Source: an uncultured delta proteobacterium
GTDB lineage: Bacteria; Desulfobacterota; Binatia; Binatales; Binataceae
Assembly: GCA_963842085.1 (NCBI GenBank)
Contig: CAWJET010000002.1
Coordinates: 192,001-256,000, forward strand
Direction: 5' to 3'
Length of the DNA stretch: 64,000 nucleotides
Below the pieces are notes generated by a model. The model saw only the letters and a list, made by a program, of their open reading frames with translations, did not search any database and was not told the DNA's origin. A program made the position numbers and the translations under genes. The number at the start of each line of letters is the position of its first letter. Position 1 is the first letter of the stretch. This document shows positions 59,805-64,000 of the stretch, one piece after another.

Positions 59805-61991
59805 TCAGTCTGCAATCAACCTCAGGTTTGCGAATTTCAGCACGAGCAGCTTGATCCCGCCGCGCTCGAAATTTACCCACGCCTTGGCGCCGTCGCCTCG
59901 ACCCTCACGGCGGCGAACGATCCCGCGCCCGAAGGTCGGATGTATAACGCGCGCGCCGATGGACAAGCCGCCGCCGCCGGGCCCCGGCTCGTCGTCGGGC
60001 AACTGGCTGTCGGCGAAATCGACGTAGGAGTCGCGCGGCGACAGCGGGCGTACCGGCGAGGTTTCGCGGGCGGGGGCGATACGGCGAATCAAACCGGGCT
60101 CGACCTCGCGCAGGAATCGCGACTGACGCGACTCCTGGCGCACACCGTAGATTTCGCGCGACAGCGTGTTGGTAAGGTAGAGCAACTTGCGCGCGCGGGT
60201 CATGCCGACGTAGCAGAGACGGCGCTCCTCCTCGATTTCCTCGTCGATTTCGCCCGAGCGGCTGTGCGGGAACAGGCCTTCCTCCATCCCGGCGATAAAC
60301 ACGATGGGGTACTCGAGGCCCTTGGAAGTGTGCAGCGTCATTAGCGCGGCGCGTCCGCCGCCGGCATCGATCTGCTCGCTGTCGCTGACGAGGGCGACTC
60401 GTTCGAGGAACTCGGACAAACCGCCGGCGGACTTTTCGGCGTCGAAGGCGCTGGCCGCGGAGAGCATCTCGGCCAGATTCTGCTTGCGGGCGGGCGCGTC
60501 ATCGAGCGTGTCGAGGTAGGGCTCGAAGCCGCTGCGCGCCACGACTTCCTCGACAATCCCGCGGACGCTCATGTCGGATAAGCGGGCTGCGAGATCGTGC
60601 ATCCACGAATAGAGCATCCCGGCCTGCTTGGCGATCCTGAGCGCGACTCTGGAGTAAGTCTCAAGCCGGCCCATCGCCTCGAACGCCGAAATGCGCTCGC
60701 GGGCGGCCAGTTCGGCGATCGCCTCGAACGACTTGGCGCCAATCCCGCGCGGCGGCGTACCGACCATCCGTTCCAGGCTGACGGCGTCGGCCGGGTTGGC
60801 GAGCACGCGCAGGTAGGCGAGCAGATCCTTGACGTCGCGCTGTTCGTAGAAGCGCACGCCGCCGACGACGTAGTAGGGGATGCGCCGGCGCACGAGCGCC
60901 TCTTCGATCGCGCGCGACTGGGCGTTGACGCGGTAGAAAACGACGACGTCGGCGGACCTGAATCCGCCCGAGCCCGTCAGCCGCGCGATTTCGAGCGCGA
61001 TAAAATCAGCCTCGTCGCGTTCGGTGACGCCGGTGTAGTAGGTGACCGGCTCGCCGGCGCTGTTCTCGGTCCACAGGTTTTTGACCTTGCGTTCGGTGTT
61101 GTTGCGGATGACGGCGCCGGCGGCGGCGAGGATGGTCTTGGTCGAGCGGTAATTTTGTTCCAGCTTGAAGATTTGCGCGGCCGGGTAGTCGCGCTCGAAA
61201 TCGAGGATGTTGCGAATGTCGGCGCCCCGCCAGCGGTAGATGGATTGATCCTCGTCGCCGACCACGCACAGATTTCCCGAGCGCGCGGCGAGCGCCTTGA
61301 CGATCAGATACTGGACGCGATTGGTGTCCTGGTATTCGTCAACCAGCAGATGCGCCGCGCGCCGCTGCCATCGCTCGAGTACTTCGGGAAAGCGCTCGAA
61401 CAGCAGCCACGTTTGCAATTGCAAATCGCTGAAGTCCATCACATTCATCGCGCGCATCCGCTCCTGGTAGAGCCGGTAGATCTGCGCGATGGAGGCCTCG
61501 CGCCCGGGCCGGGCGCGCGCGAGCATCTCTTCGGGTGCGATCGCCTCGTTCTTGGCCTGCTCGATTCGCGCGCGGGCAAGTTCGAGCGGCGGCGAGTCGG
61601 CCAGCGCGGCGTCGTCGAGCACTCGGCGAATAGTGGTGAGCGAATCGGCTTCGTCGAGGATCGAAAAATTTCGGTCGTAGCCGAGCGCATGGCCTTCCTG
61701 GCGCAGGATTCGCGCGCAGGCGGAATGAAAGGTGCTGACCCATGGCAGGCGCGGGTCGTTGTCGTTGCCGACCAGCGACGCGACCCGCTCGCGCATCTCG
61801 TTGGCGGCCTTGTTGGTGAAGGTGACCGCCAGCATCTCGAAGGGCGCCGCCTTGCGCTCGGCCAGGATGTGGGCGATACGGTAGGTCAGCACGCGGGTCT
61901 TGCCCGAGCCTGCGCCGGCGAGGATGAGAATCGGGCCGTCGGGCGCGAGCACAGCGGCGCGCTGTTCGGGATTCAAATCGTCGAGCTTCAC
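59805..61991 (-). CDS. pcrA: ATP-dependent DNA helicase UvrD/PcrA
   Basis: AGAGSGKT, DEYQD, GDEDQSIY, QNYRS and EERRLCYVGMTRA motifs; C-terminal Tudor-like domain. Confidence 0.95.
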   Translation of the reverse strand: MKLDDLNPEQRAAVLAPDGPILILAGAGSGKTRVLTYRIAHILAERKAAPFEMLAVTFTNKAANEMRERVASLVGNDNDPRLPWVSTFHSACARILRQEGHALGYDRNFSILDEADSLTTIRRVLDDAALADSPPLELARARIEQAKNEAIAPEEMLARARPGREASIAQIYRLYQERMRAMNVMDFSDLQLQTWLLFERFPEVLERWQRRAAHLLVDEYQDTNRVQYLIVKALAARSGNLCVVGDEDQSIYRWRGADIRNILDFERDYPAAQIFKLEQNYRSTKTILAAAGAVIRNNTERKVKNLWTENSAGEPVTYYTGVTERDEADFIALEIARLTGSGGFRSADVVVFYRVNAQSRAIEEALVRRRIPYYVVGGVRFYEQRDVKDLLAYLRVLANPADAVSLERMVGTPPRGIGAKSFEAIAELAARERISAFEAMGRLETYSRVALRIAKQAGMLYSWMHDLAARLSDMSVRGIVEEVVARSGFEPYLDTLDDAPARKQNLAEMLSAASAFDAEKSAGGLSEFLERVALVSDSEQIDAGGGRAALMTLHTSKGLEYPIVFIAGMEEGLFPHSRSGEIDEEIEEERRLCYVGMTRARKLLYLTNTLSREIYGVRQESRQSRFLREVEPGLIRRIAPARETSPVRPLSPRDSYVDFADSQLPDDEPGPGGGGLSIGARVIHPTFGRGIVRRREGRGDGAKAWVNFERGGIKLLVLKFANLRLIAD

Positions 61992-62088
61992 GGTGACCGT
62001 CGCAGTTTCAAAACTTCCGGGCGCAGACTTTCAAGATAGCCGCTCCAGCGCGCGGGGCAAAGCGAGTGCGCGTCGAGGCGCCTGAATT

Positions 62089-62682
62089 GTGGCGACTTAC
62101 GAACCACACGACAAATTTTACCGCAAGGCGCGCGCGCGAGGATTGCCGTCGCGGGCGGCCTTCAAGATCGAGGAAATAATTGCGCGCAACCGGCTCGTCG
62201 GCAGGGGCGCGCGAATCGTCGACCTGGGATGCGCGCCCGGCGGATGGCTGGCCATCCTGGTGGCGGCGGCGGGCGCGAGCGGACGCGTGGTGGGAGTCGA
62301 TCTCGCGCAGGTGAAGAACCCGCCGGCCGGTGCGATCACGATCGCCGGGGACATCCTCGATCCCACTGTCGCCGCGCGCGTGCAAAGCGAGCTTGGCGGA
62401 CGGGCCGACCTGGTGACGAGCGACCTTGCGCCGAAACTGTCCGGGATTGGCGCGCGGGACGAGGCACGTTCGGGGGAGCTGATCGATTGCGCGCTAGGCT
62501 TTGCGACGGCGGTGCTGAAGCCGGGCGGCGCGATGGTCGCCAAGCTGTTCATGGGCGCGCAATTCAAGGACATAGTCGATTCGTTCAAGCGGCATTTCGG
62601 AAGTGTCGAGGTGACGCGGACCAAGGCCAGCCGCCCGGGATCATCGGAACTGTACATTGTGGCGCGCCAGTTCCGCGGCTGA
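62089..62682 (+). CDS. rlmE: 23S rRNA Um2552 2'-O-methyltransferase
   Basis: SRAAFK, DLGCAPGGW, SDLAP and SSELY motifs. Confidence 0.93.
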   Translation: MATYEPHDKFYRKARARGLPSRAAFKIEEIIARNRLVGRGARIVDLGCAPGGWLAILVAAAGASGRVVGVDLAQVKNPPAGAITIAGDILDPTVAARVQSELGGRADLVTSDLAPKLSGIGARDEARSGELIDCALGFATAVLKPGGAMVAKLFMGAQFKDIVDSFKRHFGSVEVTRTKASRPGSSELYIVARQFRG

Positions 62683-62725
62683 CGGGTGCTTGGCATCAAG
62701 CGCACGACGCGCGTAAGGTTTGAGC

Positions 62726-63562
62726 ATGAAAGCTGTAGGCGGACGGCATCTCTGCCTGCTGCTTATGGCAGCCGTGGTGGCGGCCTGCTCGTGCAGCCGC
62801 TCGCCAGCCAGCCCGTCCGCAGCGGCGGAAGTTTCGCCCGACGACGTCAGAGTCCAGGTCGCGCGCGTCGGCTTTGACGACGAGACCGGCTCGAACTACG
62901 TGCTGCTGCTCGACCAGAGCGAGTCGCGCGAATTGCCAATCATGATTGGCGAGAGCGAGGCGCAGGCGATCCTGCTCGCGCTGCGCGGAATCAAGCCGGA
63001 GCGGCCGTTCACGCACGATTTGATCCGCTCGATCATCGGGCAGACCGGGAACAGCGTCGATCGAATCGTGATCGGTGACATGCGCGACGAGATCTATTAC
63101 GCGACGATTTACATGGACGGCGGCCGCTACTCGATCGACAGCCGCCCGAGCGACGCGATCGCGCTGGCTATGGGCATGAACGTGCCCATCTACGTCAACA
63201 ACAAACTCTTCGAATCGGCATCCACAACGGGCCTTGGCCCCGGCGGGAAAATTCCCAACACTGCGCGGGCGCTGGGACTGACCGTGGAGCAACTGACTCC
63301 CGAGCTGGCGAGCGCGTTCGGCCAAGCCAACGGGCGCGGCGTGCTGGTGTCGGACGCCGATTCGTCGGCCAGGAAGGCAGGCGTCGCGCGCGGCGATATC
63401 GTCGTCAAGCTGGGAGATCGCGACGTCAAGGCGCTCGACGACTTCAGCCAGGACGCTTCACAGCTCAAGACCGGGACCGTGACGTTGACGCTGAACCGCG
63501 ACGGCGCAAGCCGCAGCGTCAGGCTGGAAAGTTCGCCCGCCGCGGGCGCGCCGAAACCCTAG
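62726..63562 (+). CDS. Lipoprotein with a bifunctional nuclease (BFN/DUF151) domain and a C-terminal PDZ domain
   Basis: Lipobox VAAC; LPIMIGESEA, RPFTHDL and DSRPSDAIALA (BFN); LGLTV..GVLV..A.KAG..GDIV (PDZ). Confidence 0.85.
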   Translation: MKAVGGRHLCLLLMAAVVAACSCSRSPASPSAAAEVSPDDVRVQVARVGFDDETGSNYVLLLDQSESRELPIMIGESEAQAILLALRGIKPERPFTHDLIRSIIGQTGNSVDRIVIGDMRDEIYYATIYMDGGRYSIDSRPSDAIALAMGMNVPIYVNNKLFESASTTGLGPGGKIPNTARALGLTVEQLTPELASAFGQANGRGVLVSDADSSARKAGVARGDIVVKLGDRDVKALDDFSQDASQLKTGTVTLTLNRDGASRSVRLESSPAAGAPKP

Positions 63563-64000
63563 CCCTGGCGCACCAGCACGCTTTCAATGAAGCGCGGATC
63601 GATCTCGCGCTCGCCGCCCAGGTTGGCGAACTCCTCTTCCAGCAGGTTCAGGCAGGAATTCAGGAAATCGGCGGTGCGGCGCCGCGCCGCGTCGTCCATC
63701 CGCTGGGCCAGCGCCTGATGAACTTTGGTGCGAAACTCGTCGCTGAGCGTGCCCGGCTGTCCGGTCATGATCGCCGTGCGCATCGCGGTCAGCCGGCTGC
63801 CTTCGATCGGATCGAGCGCAAGGCGGTCGTCCAGCGCCAGGCGCGCCAGTCCGGTCAGCACCAGCTGGCTGAGGCGGATTTCGCGCGCGGCCATCTGGGC
63901 GCGGAAGTTTGGCGACGCGATATCGATCGCGAACATCGCACGGAACAACTCGGCGGCCGAATCGATCTGGTCGAGAATCGCGTAGCTGAGATGCAAATCG
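63559..64000 (-). CDS. C-terminal part of a hypothetical protein (DUF6178-like), truncated by the window edge
   Basis: Frame open to the window end; helical, ending ...IDPRFIESVLVRQG. Confidence 0.55.
   Translation of the reverse strand, partial: DLHLSYAILDQIDSAAELFRAMFAIDIASPNFRAQMAAREIRLSQLVLTGLARLALDDRLALDPIEGSRLTAMRTAIMTGQPGTLSDEFRTKVHQALAQRMDDAARRRTADFLNSCLNLLEEEFANLGGEREIDPRFIESVLVRQG

Overview
High-GC bacterial chromosome segment, mostly housekeeping genes. The gene order (argS-SPOR-trpEGDCFBA-accD-folC-lptD; polA followed by an ECF sigma cluster) suggests a diderm of the deltaproteobacterial/Binatia type; this is an inference, not a database result. Core content: mobA, gcvT-gcvPA-gcvPB (no gcvH) divergent from folD, a KimA/YdaO-like APC transporter, MATE, recD2, a full trp operon with leader peptide and attenuator, a Gld-type ABC system, acpS, pcrA/uvrD, rlmE, an L,D-transpeptidase, three GT-C membrane glycosyltransferases and two DegT-family aminotransferases. 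I recognised no rRNA, tRNA, CRISPR array, integrase or transposase. Three highlights. (1) At 1-1630 (- strand) there is a tandem array of apparent orphan polymorphic-toxin tip/immunity cassettes. They share a 27-aa junction, PPIPRQLRHGRHPLYP(V/L)ILGxxDGLIP, that includes a 37-bp identical DNA stretch. One tip is a mirror-symmetric Cys-stapled hydrophobic hairpin followed by a multi-TM partner. The other is an RlpA-like DPBB domain followed by a signal-peptide partner. (2) At 48886-49623 (-) there is a probable unannotated selenoprotein: a rhodanese + CBS-like fusion with an in-frame UGA in the active-site loop and a SECIS-like hairpin 12 nt downstream. (3) Smaller oddities include a lipoprotein BFN-nuclease-PDZ fusion, a solo Nmad3-like gene behind a perfect 29-bp palindrome, and a GT87 gene that seems to start at ATA.
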